Part shown: positions 23,310 through 35,669 of the stretch, in pieces
How positions within the stretch are numbered: the first letter of the stretch is position 1
Layout: each line of letters begins with the position of its first letter
DNA from: Gekko japonicus
Taxonomy: Eukaryota
Length of the DNA: 64,000 nucleotides
Assembly (NCBI RefSeq): GCF_001447785.1
Contig: NW_015162104.1
Span: forward strand, 1 to 64,000
Reading direction: 5' to 3'
Notes under the pieces: generated by a model
Told to the model about the DNA's origin: nothing
Databases searched by the model: none
What the model saw: only the letters and a program-made list of their open reading frames with translations
Made by a program: the position numbers and the translations under genes

Positions 23310-23706
23310 ACCTACTGCCAGTATCCAGTAATAGCCTACTATACAGCATAGAAATGGGTCTTTCTATCCTGGAGAAGAGCACTTGTCAAAGCTTAGAGAG
23401 TGATGTTTCAGTGATATTTTTAGAATGACCATCATGTCCCAGTGTGTTTTCAAGTGTTTCTTAAATACCATTGAATACATTCAGATGATTCAACCTTGCC
23501 ATCTGTGTATGAAATATTTTTTGAGTCCATTGATACAGCCTTGTTCTAAGGTCATCTTTGCCAACAAGGCCAATATCTTAAGTCCCTGGTATTAGTAAAG
23601 CTTATCAGAAGAAGTGTCTTTACTGCCTTCTGGGCAGTGGAATAGTTCAAAACACAGTGGAAATACTTAAGTTTTACGCAGGGCCCTGGGGCAGGGAGTG
23701 GCCAGT

Positions 23707-23712
23707 AATAAA
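23707..23712 (+). terminator. Candidate HIGD2A polyadenylation signal
   Basis: AATAAA about 400 nt after the stop; a further one at 25578-25583. Confidence 0.55.
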
Positions 23713-26700
23713 ATTTGAATAGTAGGGAACAGCTCCTCTGATTATGGTTGCTTTTTCTTAACTCATGTTTATGTCCAGTAGGGTAATGGTGAAAAGGCAG
23801 TGTGATCTATAAAACCATGTTCCCATTTCAACTTGAACTACAACCAAAGTCTAAGTTTGCTTACTGTTCTCTTTGCCAGCTGTCAGTCTGTACATGTTAA
23901 AAAGCACATGCTGCTTTTTAAATATTATTTTATGGGGAACTTGTGCCAGCTTCTAGCCAGCTGCTATCAGTTTCAAGAGTATTCAGGCTGCTGGCTTGAA
24001 AGGGAAGGATAGGGAAAAGAAGATAAAACATATGCCTCGAGAAAACAGTAACATGACTTGAACTGGTACATGGTTTATGTTCAGTCGTCTGTGATTGACA
24101 CACGGGGTGCTGCAATGGACGTGTGAAAAGGACCTCTCAAAATAGCTGTGCGGCTTAGAGTGCAGGGTGTAAGTGAAGACACATGAAATGGAGTGATGGG
24201 AAAAAGTTTATTTTCAAAGTGCTGTTTAATATACAACCATTCCGTGTATAAAGTACAGTTACGGCTGTCCGTAGGCAGAGTTGGAATTGCTCTTCAGTGT
24301 ACCTGAGTAGTAATTGTTGCTTTATAGAGCAAGCCATGTTGCATCCTCACCAGCCTCTGGGCATCCATATACCATTGTATTATTGCAGAGTTAGGGGGTA
24401 TGTTTGTTTTTGGTAAGAGAAACCTTGTTTACTATCCAATTGTAGGATTTTAGAGCAAACCTTAGCTATTTTCTGTGTCCAACAATAAAGTGTGAGATTG
24501 AGAAAATGTGTGTGAGAGGAAGGGTTTGGTCTATCTAGCATTTTCCCCATCCTTTCTATTGACACATACTTTGCTAGTCAATGAGAAAAAGCAAACACCA
24601 TCAGAGTTGTTCAGAATGGCACCCTGTACACCCAAGATGTTGCATCACTCTCAGCACTGGAGTCTAATACTGTGTTGGGAGGACCCTACGTTTTTGTGTA
24701 CAAACGTAATTATAACCCCAGGCAGGTAACAGCTATGGAAAAATCTGGGAAGATAGCAATTTGAATTGAGCAAATGAAGACTTTGTGGTAAAAGCTTTTT
24801 GATGACCCCACTGTTAAAGCCCATTACTGTGCATTAGAGCAGTTTAGCTTTTGTTTTGCCAAGTTGTCACCCAGTATAGTAGCAGTAGCATGATCATTTG
24901 GCACATCTGAACCTGACTTAAAGAAGGGTTGGATTTAATTGAGCTTGGCTTCCATTTCAGCTGTTTCATCCACTATGGATTTTTGTTGTTCTGTTGAAAA
25001 CTACAAATTGCAGCTAAAGCCTGTGCCAAGAGGACTGGTATTTTGCATGTTCATTCAGAAGTCAGTTCTACTAAAGCCATTGGTTCCTACAGCACCTGCT
25101 TAGAAATCTGAGTTCAATGGGACTTATTCTCAAGTGTTGCATAGGAAGTATAGCCTGAGTTGTATGTTAATTACCCAGCAACTGCATGAATTGTAACCGG
25201 CAGGTTTATGAAATCATTAACTAAGCCAAACTTTATAAGGCCAAAGTGGAGACGCAAGAGGAATAGCACTGTGCCTCTTGTCATGTCAGAGACATGAGTA
25301 ACCTGCATATGGCTGGAATACTTGTAGCCAAGTAGCATGCACTGCCTGCCTGCTTTACCTTCTTTCCTCATAAGGAGTGGCTTGTCTTGGCGTTACAGCT
25401 TGGAAGTTAGTTCACTGCAGTGTTCTACAGTCAGTTTAAACAAAGTAGAACTAGTTGGTATTTTTAAATATTCGGTCCTACTTGCTGTGTCATACTTACT
25501 GGTTTTAAGAGTTCCAGACATTTCAGAAGACTGGCCTCCTTAACATAATAGAGAACTTCTTATATGCCAACCTTACCAATAAAATTTCAACTGGTTCTCA
25601 TTTTTCCATCTACTGTTGTTTGTAAGAGATGCTTAGCACCGTACAGCACCAGATGTAAAATACAGTATTTGTTTATGCACAAGTTCAGGTGATGCTGAGC
25701 TTGTATCAACAGTAAAAAATTTACTGACAGTCAATACAAAAGGCACCCCCCCCCCTTCAGTGGGAGAAAAGGGGGAAAGAAAAGGCATTCTCAAGAACAC
25801 TAAATATAGATGTTACATCCAGTTTGCAGTGAGCTCCTTAGCTAAGGCACAAAACAATCCTTTCTAATGAATTGCTTGCCAGACGTAATGCAAGTTACCC
25901 TGAGATGAATAGGTATATATATGCAGACAGGAGGTAAGCCACTTTTTATGGATTGGTAAGACATACTTGTGTGCACAGTTCAAACTAAGATGCTTGAACA
26001 ACCTCTTCTTTCACACAGGGTGACTAGAGTGTGCTAAAGGATATTCTCTCACTCTTCCAGAGAGTGTTCAAAAATTTAAAGTGATGGTTCAGATCTGTCA
26101 GTTCATATGAGAAGAAAACATACACTAAATATTAAGTGTGCATTATTTTCTTCAAGAGAGAAGTGTGATGGAGAAACTTGTTTAAAAATGAAATAACACT
26201 ATTCTCTCCCTTGTTGTTAAATGTTGTTCTCAAAGGCTGCTGAGACACACATTTTCTTTTGTGAGCTTCTCATATGGAGCTTTGCTAAGGATGCACTTAC
26301 AGGCACACCTTATCTGATCACAAACCCATCTGAATAGAACGCCTAGAACCAGGCTGTAGGTGTCTTATAGAGCATATTCCAAATGCCCATTCTGAGGAAG
26401 GGATTCAGACTGGCCATATTTCTAGCAGAAATGTTTGCTAGGCCCAGAGCCCAAGATCTGTGTTAATTGTCCCCTGCAATCCCCAAATTACAACAGATAA
26501 AAATGTGGAAATAAAGCATTCCGCGACTCTTAGCTCTGTGGCTGGAGTAGGGGCAGTTTATTGATAACAGATGATTTAACAGATCTTGAAGCTGGGGTGG
26601 GGGTGGGGAAACAGGACAGCCCTAGGCAAAGCTTCCCACCTCTCCTGAATGCCACCTCTGCTCTTCCTGGCATTTGTGACAGAGGATCAAAGGGCAGTGA

Positions 26701-26986
26701 ATGTCAGGGGCAACAGGGTAACTCCAAGCAGGGCCTGTGTCTTGCTATTCGCAAAGGCTGACGAAGAGAGAGCCTGATTAACGTGGGCTGTGGCAACCAG
26801 TTGGATCATCAGTGCTTACAGATAGCAGCCTGTCTTTCTTGTCTAGGCTGTGAACTGCTCTGTAGCAAACAGTAGGAGAGGCTGCAGCTGCCAGTGCGTC
26901 TTCTGTCCCCCACCTTACAGTGTGGCCCTTCTCTGCCTTCACTTCTGTGTGATTTGTATTATCTACCCACCCCCACACCCCCCAGC

Positions 26987-27056
26987 TTTTTTTTTTTTTC
27001 TTTTTTTGCTTGTGTCGAGGGCTGACTTTCAATAGATCGCAGCGAGGGAGCTGCTC
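26987..27056 (-). pseudogene. Retroposed 3'-terminal fragment of 28S rRNA with poly(A) tail
   Basis: Minus strand GAGCAGCTCCCTCGCTGCGATCTATTGAAAGTCAGCCCTCGACACAAG (27056-27009), then an A tract; flanked by a direct repeat ACACCCC(CC)AGCTTTT. Confidence 0.9.
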
Positions 27057-28074
27057 ACACCCCAGCTTTTGAAGAAATAATATCCAGAGAAAACATACCC
27101 CTACACACACACAAAAAAACCCATGGCAATTTCATGTTTTTTCTGCACTTTTGCCTCCTTTCTGCAGCCAGCTGAGAACATAGTGCGACTGCCACAAATG
27201 CCAAATCTCAGTTCAGCATACTTTAAACCAGTAGGAGCTAGGCCTGGGATATGATGCACTGAGGACTTGCCCATTGTTTAGATCCTCATATGGCAAGTCT
27301 CCCCCCTATATTACCAGTGTTCATTTTTATGGAGTCTCCTTCTGAACCTCTGCAGCTCCTGATTGCCAAGAAACACACATTTTGTCAATCACCTTCCCTA
27401 CTAGAATATCCGCACTACTTTCTTTCAAGTGCCTCAGGGTGGGAAAGTGATGTTGTAAAGTAACCACATGAGGACTTTAGCATGTTATAAATAGGAAAAA
27501 GACAAAAGGTCCAGATCAGTCACTGTAAAATCTTCAGGGGGTGACTTTATCCCATTCTTTTGCAGGGCGAGGCACTGGTATGACTTAGCCCAGGGCTGGA
27601 AAATTCAAACGTTATCAGAGAATATGCTTGAAATAGCTGGGCGACTGCCAGTCTTCCTATGCGGAGCGTTTTCTCACAAATACCTCCATGTGGAGATATG
27701 AGTTGATGCCACCACATGAGGACCCTGTACTGAACAATGTGCCTGTGAATAAGTGATCAGAAAAGCCAGCTCTATGCAAAGTCAGCTTGGGTGGGGAAGT
27801 GAACTCCGTTAACGGATGTTGAATTTATAGCTTGATTTTATGTGTCCTTCCTAGCACAAATATATTAAAATTAAGACTAAATACTGCCAGTTCTGCTACC
27901 TCTAATAGGCTGTATTTTTTTTAAAAAAAAACAACAACCCCAAAACCAAACTTCCCAGGCTCTCTCATAACCACATGTGGCCATTGTGCTTTTTTAAAGT
28001 TTTGCTTTAAAAAAAAAAAGATTTAAAGCTTCCACTAAGACTACCTTCTTTACATTTACTCAAGGTAAAGAACC

Positions 28075-28080
28075 TTTATT
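28075..28080 (-). terminator. Candidate CLTB polyadenylation signal
   Basis: AATAAA on the minus strand about 1.47 kb after the stop; a more distal one at 26557-26562. Confidence 0.5.
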
Positions 28081-29544
28081 AAATGAGCCAGAGAGAACCC
28101 TGGCAACACAGCATATGCCCAAATGGGAAACCGCAGTAATCTGCTGCTCCCCTTCAGTTAAAAAGGGGGGGGAGGAATAACTGCAGGAATCTGCAACATA
28201 GGAACAAATACTAGAAAAATCACCTGCTGACCACACAGCACTGAGCAGAGCTCCTCTTTTGTGACTCTTCTCCATCTGCTTCTTAGCTAGGCTGATGGAT
28301 CATATAAGGAGCGGAGGGGACCAGTATATACCAGGGCCAGTACATACTGAATGGCTCAGGTGGGGGATATCTGCTTCCAAACAAAGGTGATGGTATTGGA
28401 ACAGGATATGTTGATTCTGTGGCTGAGGGTAATGCAGGAATTGGCTTGGGGTTTACTCAAGTGCCTAAAAGATTTCTAACATCCTTCCTGTCTCTCACAT
28501 ACAGCAGTGTCCTCCTTTCGCCTGTCTTCACTTAAAAGAACAAGGTTTGGAAGCAAGCATCTCAGCGGACCCCATATCATGCCCCTGCATTCAAGCAAAT
28601 ATGGTATAACCTCTTCCTAGAGAGGGTTATAGTTTTACTCCCATTCCACCTCTACAGGAGGTTCTTCCCCTTTTTCATTACTTAGGTCCAAATAAATTTT
28701 GCCTTCTGGTCCACCTTCTTGCAGGGACAAATAGTGCCTTATGCAGTAGAAGTACATCTTACTGAAATGGCTTGGTCATCCCCCCCCCCCCCCAACTCTT
28801 CACAACTTCATACAGTATTCGTCTCAGTCAACCATTTCAATGCCCTTTTAGGGCACCAGGTTTAGAGTTTTCATCATTAGCCTTTCTCCCCTTTGCCTGC
28901 TTTGCCCTGAAGAAACCTACTTCCTGCTAGGCATCACCTTCTATTGTTACCAAGGTTGCACTCCAATTGGCATGCGAGTTCCAACTCTGTCAGAAAAAAT
29001 GATCATTATCACTGGGGGAAACAACAACAGATCTAGGATTCGAAGTCGGGCATCCTGCTTGCAACCTCAAACTCGGCCTATGAATGGTACTTGCCTTTGA
29101 TTTAGTGTTGCCTTCTGGGCCTGGTGCAAAGTACCAGAAAAGATGAATTGCACTTTATCTACTGTATCTGCCAAGTTAGATGAGATCAGGGGACTTGGGC
29201 CTCTGACCAGTGGAAGGGGAGCAGATGAATGCTCCCAGCACTGTGAAAGAGGGAGTGATTTTCCTGAAGGCAGCAGGTGTAGGAACCAAAGAGGGCTGCT
29301 GCCCAAGGAACCACACAGTTAATAAATATGTGTAAAAAGATACCAATGCACCCTTTAAGCAAAGTAAAATCAAGGGGAGGGGTACAGGCCAGAGTAACGT
29401 GAAGGTTGAAGAGAGGAAGGGGCAGGAGTGGGATGCTTTAGGACTCCTGCCGGTGGCCCTCTAAGCCTGTTGTGCTGCAGCTACACCTGCTGGCAAAAGA
29501 GTAAACTGCATCCTCACTCCAGCCCCAGCCCCTCCTCCACTAGG

Positions 29545-29716
29545 CTAGCGGGCCAGAGGAGTCTGTTTGAGGGAGATCAGCACAGATCGCATGCGTGACA
29601 CGTCCTTGGACTGCTTGCTGCTCTTGGGGTTGAAGTCGCAGAGCTGGGCCACTTTCTCCCATTCCGTGCCTGGAGTCTCTTCCTTGGATTCTTTCAGAAA
29701 GGCTTCCTCCGAGGCC
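29545..29716 (-). CDS. CLTB: CLTB last coding exon (stop)
   Basis: ASEEAFLKESKEETPGTEWEKVAQLCDFNPKSSKQSKDVSRMRSVLISLKQTPLAR*; total CDS 684 nt with the neuronal exon. Confidence 0.97.
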
Positions 29717-30467
29717 CTAGGGAGAAGGCAAACAAGAAAACAGGTCTCAACTCCTGGAGTTCTGTGAACATGAAAAAAGGGGGTGGAGACTGCAGATCTT
29801 CCTAGGGGGAACACACACCGCCCTGGAGGTACTGAACTCATAGAATATGCAACTACTTTGGGAAACTCTCCTGAACATAAGTATTTGGGAGGCCTTTTTA
29901 TCTTTCTGTGCAGCCAAACATTTGTGTAGGGATAAAAAATGGCACTGGTGAAAATTTGCTTTCTTGCTGTGAGGCCATGCCTTCACAACGTGCAAGTGGC
30001 CGAGCTGAACACAGCTCACCAGCTATCTGTGATGGCCAACCAGGGACTCCACAAATGTCCTATTCTTGCTGCCTTACCTGGGACTGCCTACCTGGGTTGT
30101 CAGGCATCTGGCAGGCCACAGTACAAAGACTGATGGGGTGCATTCAGCTCGGTGAATCACAACTCAGGCAAGCTGGATCTTGGGCAAGCATTTTTTAAGG
30201 AAGTATCAAAATTAAACGGGACCTTTTTTTTTAAAGGTCACTGAATGGCTAGGGGAGGGAGATAGAAGGGGGAGAACGGGTATTGTTTGTCAGAGCGTTG
30301 TCAGTGGCATGATCCAACAAATGGCTGTGATACTTGGGCAACCTCATTCCACACAGTATTCAATTCTGTAAGAGAGAAGCATTTGCTGGAAACTACCATA
30401 TGAAGTTACTAATAAGAAGCAGTCATTGCTACATTAGGAATTAATTACTGTATGGCATTGTGTATAG

Positions 30468-30787
30468 CAGTGGTGGCGAACCTATGGTACGGGTGCCAGA
30501 GGTGGCACTCAGAGCCCTCTCTGTGGGCACACGTGCCATCGACCACAGCCAGGCCCAGACCATCATTAAAGTGTCGAATTCTCTGCCAAATAATTTTAAG
30601 TAAATGAAGGCATTTGGGATTGTGTTCCTTACTTTGTTTGGATCATCTTAAGTTAATGTATGAGGGTTTTTTTCTAAAGTAAAACCTCCGTATTCAGGTT
30701 AAATTGCCGTGTTGGCACTTTGTGATAAATAAGTGGGTTTTGGGTCGCAGTTTGGGCACTCGGTCTCTAAAAGGTTCGCCATCACTG
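30468..30787. mobile_element. hAT MITE with hAT1-like TIRs
   Basis: TIRs CAGTGGTGGCGAACCT / AGGTTCGCCATCACTG; perfect 8-bp TSD GTGTATAG. Confidence 0.9.
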
Positions 30788-31233
30788 GTGTATAGTATAG
30801 CCAGGCGATCCTAAGATCGTCTGGCAGCCTAAAGTTCTAGCTCTTTTACAGTTATGTACTACTAGGTGGTGAGCAGGAAATTAGTACGTAAAGATCACCC
30901 ATGGATCTCTCAGCTACGAGAACAGCATCTTGCATAGCAATACCAAAGAGACACTGGACTTGCTAAATGAAAGAGGAGGCTGCATAGTCAAACATGATTA
31001 CCAGTAAATTGGTGCGCTTCGAAGCTCTTTCTATAAAAGGAGCAAGTGGTACAGCATACCCCTGTTCTGTAATATTAATCTGGAACCCATCTCCAGTAAA
31101 ATGTCTGGCAGAAGGCAAATGTCTATCTGAGTTCCAGCATAGCCAACAAGCTCATTTTAAGGATTGGAAATCTCACTCATCATCTGTACAGGAGGTTCTT
31201 CCTAGGAAAGATTACAAAGGCAAAGAGACGTAC

Positions 31234-31287
31234 ACATAGCCAATCACATCGGCATCTGGCTGCTGGTAAAAGGCTTTGTCAGCAATC
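31234..31287 (-). CDS. CLTB: CLTB neuron-specific alternative exon (18 aa)
   Basis: 54 nt, frame-preserving, IADKAFYQQPDADVIGYV, matching the known brain-specific insert of clathrin light chains. Confidence 0.95.
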
Positions 31288-31669
31288 CTACGGCACGACC
31301 CAAAGACAGGAGAAAGTGCAGAGCAGAGAGGCAGCAAAGAGTTAAAGAGAGAAAGAGAGGTTAGTACCCTCAGTGGGCAGAGCAAGAGAATTCGACAGTG
31401 CAGGACAGTACAGGTGCTTGCTAGAAATTCATTAGTCAAATGCTTAGGAGAGACGGGAAGAAGCCTGATTCAAAAATAAATCTTTGGCATTGAGCAACCA
31501 CAGGAAACAACTTCTGAGAGAATATTCCAAGGAGTAGCATAAGGAGGGCCCACCCCCAATCTCTCAGCTAACAACTTCAGCAGTGTTTGAGGCTGCTAAG
31601 GCCTGCACCCGGCTGTTAACATGGAAATGACTGCCTTTGTGCTGCAGATAACGTATCTGTGATTATTTT

Positions 31670-32460
31670 TATTTATTTACATTATTTATAGTCCGCCTTT
31701 CTCACAGGGACTCAAGGCAGACTACACGTATTCAGCCAGTACAATCAGCAGTGCATTAGGATTGCAAAAGTCTGGGATGAACCAGAAGGAACTGAAGCAC
31801 AGCATAAGTGTTAACATGACACATTAAGCAGTGCAAAAATTACATAATAGGATCCTACTTACATAATAGGATCCTACTTACAGTAGGCCTTACCCAGCAG
31901 TATAGACCACAGTCCCTAATCATTTATCCAAGTAACTTTTTGTAAACCATTTTGTATAATGCAACCTTATTACAAGTGCAGAAAAAAAACTCTTGGATAG
32001 TTCAGTTTTGCAGAAAACCAGGCGAGTGGGAGCCTTCCTGACCTCCTCAGGCTGGCCCTTCCACAAGGCAGGAGCCACAATGGAAAAAGCACATGCACAT
32101 GATGTATCTCATTTGCAGTGGGCACCTGCAGAAGGTGCTGCTGACAAGAGTAAAGCTGTTGTGGAGAAGCATATGGGAAAAGGTGGTCACACAGGTAAGA
32201 GGGACCAAGGCCATGAATGGCCTTGTGTGTGAGTCAATACCTTAAACTGAGCCAGGTAACAAATGGGCAGCCAGTGGAGCGTCCGCAGACGGAGTAATAT
32301 GCATGCTCCATCTGGCTTCTGATAGTAGCCGAGCCACAGAACTCTGCACCAGCTGGAGTTTCCAAATTGGTTTTGAGGAGAGACCACTGTACAGTGCATT
32401 ACACTAGTGTAGTTTTGATGTTACCGTGGCATTGATCCAGGTGGCCAGATCAGCTGTATC
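31670..32460 (-). mobile_element. L2/CR1-group LINE 3' fragment
   Basis: LRTLHWLPICYLAQFKVLT on the minus strand; tail ending in TAAA-rich repeats. Confidence 0.65.
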
Positions 32461-32683
32461 AAAGTCAGATTAGTCTTGCATTGCATGGCTAGGCCACCAA
32501 CCCATTTATTTGGCACTTGTTCAGCACCAGCAAATGGGAATGATGGTAAACACATGGCCTGAGATGCTTTACCTCTGAACTCCCAGCCCAGTCCCCTCTG
32601 AGCTTCCATGCCTTTAGGACACATGGCCTGCAGCCAAAAAGAGCCTGCTCCCTTCTATAGTGCTGTGTTACAGCTCTCGAGAG

Positions 32684-33036
32684 AGCTGCGGTGGCTCAAG
32701 TGGTTAAGACGCTGAACTGCAGGCTGTGGAAGGTCAGTAGTTCAGCGGTTCAAGACCCGGGTGCCGCAAGACAGGGTGAGCTCCTGTCTTTAGTTCCAGC
32801 TCCTGCCAACCTAGCAGTTCGAAAGCAAGAAATTGCAAGTAGATAAATAGGTACCACTTCGGTGGGAAGGTAACAGCGTTCCGTGCGCCTTGGTGTTTAG
32901 TCATGCCGGCCACATGACCACGGAAACGTCTTCGGACAGCGCTGGCTCTTCGGCTTTGAAACGGAGATGAGCACCGCAACCCTAGAGTCGGATTCGACTG
33001 GCTTTCGAGCAAGGGAACCTTTACCTTTACCTTTAC
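32684..33036 (+). mobile_element. Full-length Sauria SINE
   Basis: A-box GGTGGCTCAAGTGG, ACCTTT tail, TSD TTACAGCTCTCGAGAG (32668-32683 / 33033-33048). Confidence 0.9.
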
Positions 33037-33589
33037 AGCTCTCGAGAGGCAGCTTCAATATTCTGGGGGTTGATGGTGGTGAGTGTCATGATCCACAGAT
33101 GTAAGGTGTTTTGAAACTCACCAGGAGTCCCTGGGACCCTGACAGCCACTTAACTTTCCCAGGGAAGAGAGCCATAAAATGCATCAAGAGGTCACAGCAG
33201 AGATGTGTTTCTTTAAAGAAATAACCACTGCTTTACCTGCCACGAAGGGCAAGGTGGATAGCTGTTGTAAAACATGATCTAGGTATTGAGATGTGTAGAA
33301 TGTGTGCCTTTGGTTGCTTGGGAGATCGAGGTTCACCATCCATGTGGGGGTGAGTTCCTAAATTTAGACTGGGGAAGAGACTTTTGGAGGTCATTAATTC
33401 AAAGTGTCGCCATAAGTCAGAACTTGCAGTTAGTGATGTTCAAATGCTAGTAGAAGTGACTTAACGGCACTTAACACACACAACTTGCAGTTAGTGATGT
33501 TCAAATGCTAGGAGTCGGGTAGAGTCAGGATTTGCATTTGCTCCATGGACATCCAGAGAGGGAAGTTGGAGGGAAGTTCTTTTGGCTAT

Positions 33590-33667
33590 GCTCCTGCAGA
33601 GTGCAGGGGGTTGGACTAGATGACCTGCAAGGTCCCTTCCAACTCTAACATTCTATGATTCTATGAT
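33590..33667 (+). mobile_element. CR1 LINE 3' tail
   Basis: GGGGTTGGACTAGATGACC...CCCTTCCAACTCT followed by (ATTCTATG)2. Confidence 0.8.
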
Positions 33668-34089
33668 AAACCTTCTGTATTGTTAAGTGTAGCTTATTAT
33701 TCTAGCTGAATAACCTGTAGCAATAAATTTTTCTGTTTGAGAGAGCAAGACTGTTTCAGATTCCTTCCCATGTGGCCTTAGCAGCTACTCAGTCACACTA
33801 CAGATGCATGCAAAAGGGAAAGGCTAAAGTAGCTGGGAAACTTTGCCCCATGCACATGCTTAGAGGCAGCCTTTACCTGTGTTCCCCAAGTCACTGGTAA
33901 TGTGGGGGGCTAGATCTTAACTTAGGGCGGTGGCATGAAAAAAAAGGAACATGCATACATGCACATGAACACGTTACATGCATATAAACACACACAGACC
34001 CAAGGTGGGTTTATGATAGTGAAATATGCTAATATTGCTGTTACTGGCAAGATTAAAATGGGTCGGGTGCTTATTCCTCCCAGCCATAC

Positions 34090-34201
34090 CTGTTATTGAC
34101 CCGGTTCCTCTCCATTTGTTCATTCTGCCGCAAGTTCCACTCTTCCAGATCTTTCTTGGCTTTTTCACGCCATTCCTGTTCTAACACTTTTGAAGCAGCG
34201 T
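34090..34201 (-). CDS. CLTB: CLTB coding exon 4
   Basis: DAASKVLEQEWREKAKKDLEEWNLRQNEQMERNRVNNR; 112 nt. Confidence 0.96.
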
Positions 34202-35551
34202 CTAGAATGAGATATACATGTTTGGTAGAATGAGCTTTCCCAGTCACTTGAGTGCCATGTAAAGCTGACTTCTGTGACACGGGCAGGAAAAAAACTTGCA
34301 CATTTGCTGGGGATAATATCCACAGCAAGGGAGAGATTCCTTGAATAAGCATGTTCCTGAGGGCAAAATGTCAAACGTGTCCAGTTTGAGAGAAGGTAAT
34401 GGGTTTCCTCCAGATTGCAAACACTTAGCCACCCCACATACTTTTATCAGGATAACTTTTTTTATTTTGCATTATTTTCCAAGTGCCCAGCATGTTTGTC
34501 TTTTCTAAACCTTTGTTCACGATTTAATCTTTGAAAGCTGATCAGACAGGTACGAGGAGGAGGCTGCTTTGTGACGAACACAAAAGCCAGCCAATCAACA
34601 CTGTGAAGAGCACAGCTCAAAAAGGGGATGCAGAGTCTTCATGACTGACACAGTGGGTGGGTGCAGCACAAATTCAGAGTCTGCTCTAAAAGAAAAACAT
34701 ATTTCCCAAGACCCCCCCCCCTGAGAAGAAGAAGGCTGATACGCAGCAAGTGCACTTCTGCAGCAGGCTGACTGTAGAAATGACCTACCATTAGGGTTGC
34801 CAGCTCCAGGTTGGGGAACACCTGGAGATTTGGGGGGGGCGGAGCTTGAAGAGGGCGGGGTTTAGGGAAGGGAGGAACTTCAATGGGGTACTATGCCATA
34901 CAGCCCACCTTCCAAAGCGGCCATTTTCTCCAGGCGCACTGATCTCTGTCGCCTGGAGATCAGTTGAAATCCCAGGAGATTCCCAGCCACCACCTGGAGG
35001 GTGGTGAACCTACCTACCTACCATGGAATGCATAAATACTAAAGGAGCTAGTGAGGCTCACAGTTCTAAAGGAGGCCCACAAATGCTGTCGGCCCGCTGA
35101 AGCCTTTTGTGACGGTCCCTCAAGTAAGGCCTGTAGTCAGTATTTTCTTTTTTTTTTATCTCTCTTTTTTTGTAACTCTTCTCGAGTCACTGTGAGGATA
35201 AAAATACTATAGTCTCTGCCATTACCTCCATTTCCTTGCTGTCCCCCATTTATATATTCTCCCAGCTCTCTTTATATATATTTCATTGCCCATTATTACC
35301 GTTTTAATTGTTCTACTATTCTCAGATGATCTCTCTTTCAGTAATACGCGTCAAGCTAATCTTTACTGCCTATTTGTCTTTTCCTTTCCTCTCTCTCTCT
35401 CCCCCCCTTGCCTCAAATTTCTGCTTCAGATTTGTACACCACAGATTTCTGTCCCTCAAAAAATCCACATTATACTTTAAAAGGCACACTGACATATCTT
35501 CACAATGTCAGTTTGTATAGTTTATATTTTTCACCATGTTTCCATTCTTAC

Positions 35552-35669
35552 CCAGCTCCTGCAGTCTCTTTTTCTGTTCCTCTCGCCATTTGCGAATACT
35601 CTCGGGCTCCTGTGTCAATCGGTCAGCTCGGGCAATGGCTGCATACGCATCTGTGGGTCCATTGGATTC
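35552..35669 (-). CDS. CLTB: CLTB coding exon 3
   Basis: ESNGPTDAYAAIARADRLTQEPESIRKWREEQKKRLQEL; 118 nt. Confidence 0.96.
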
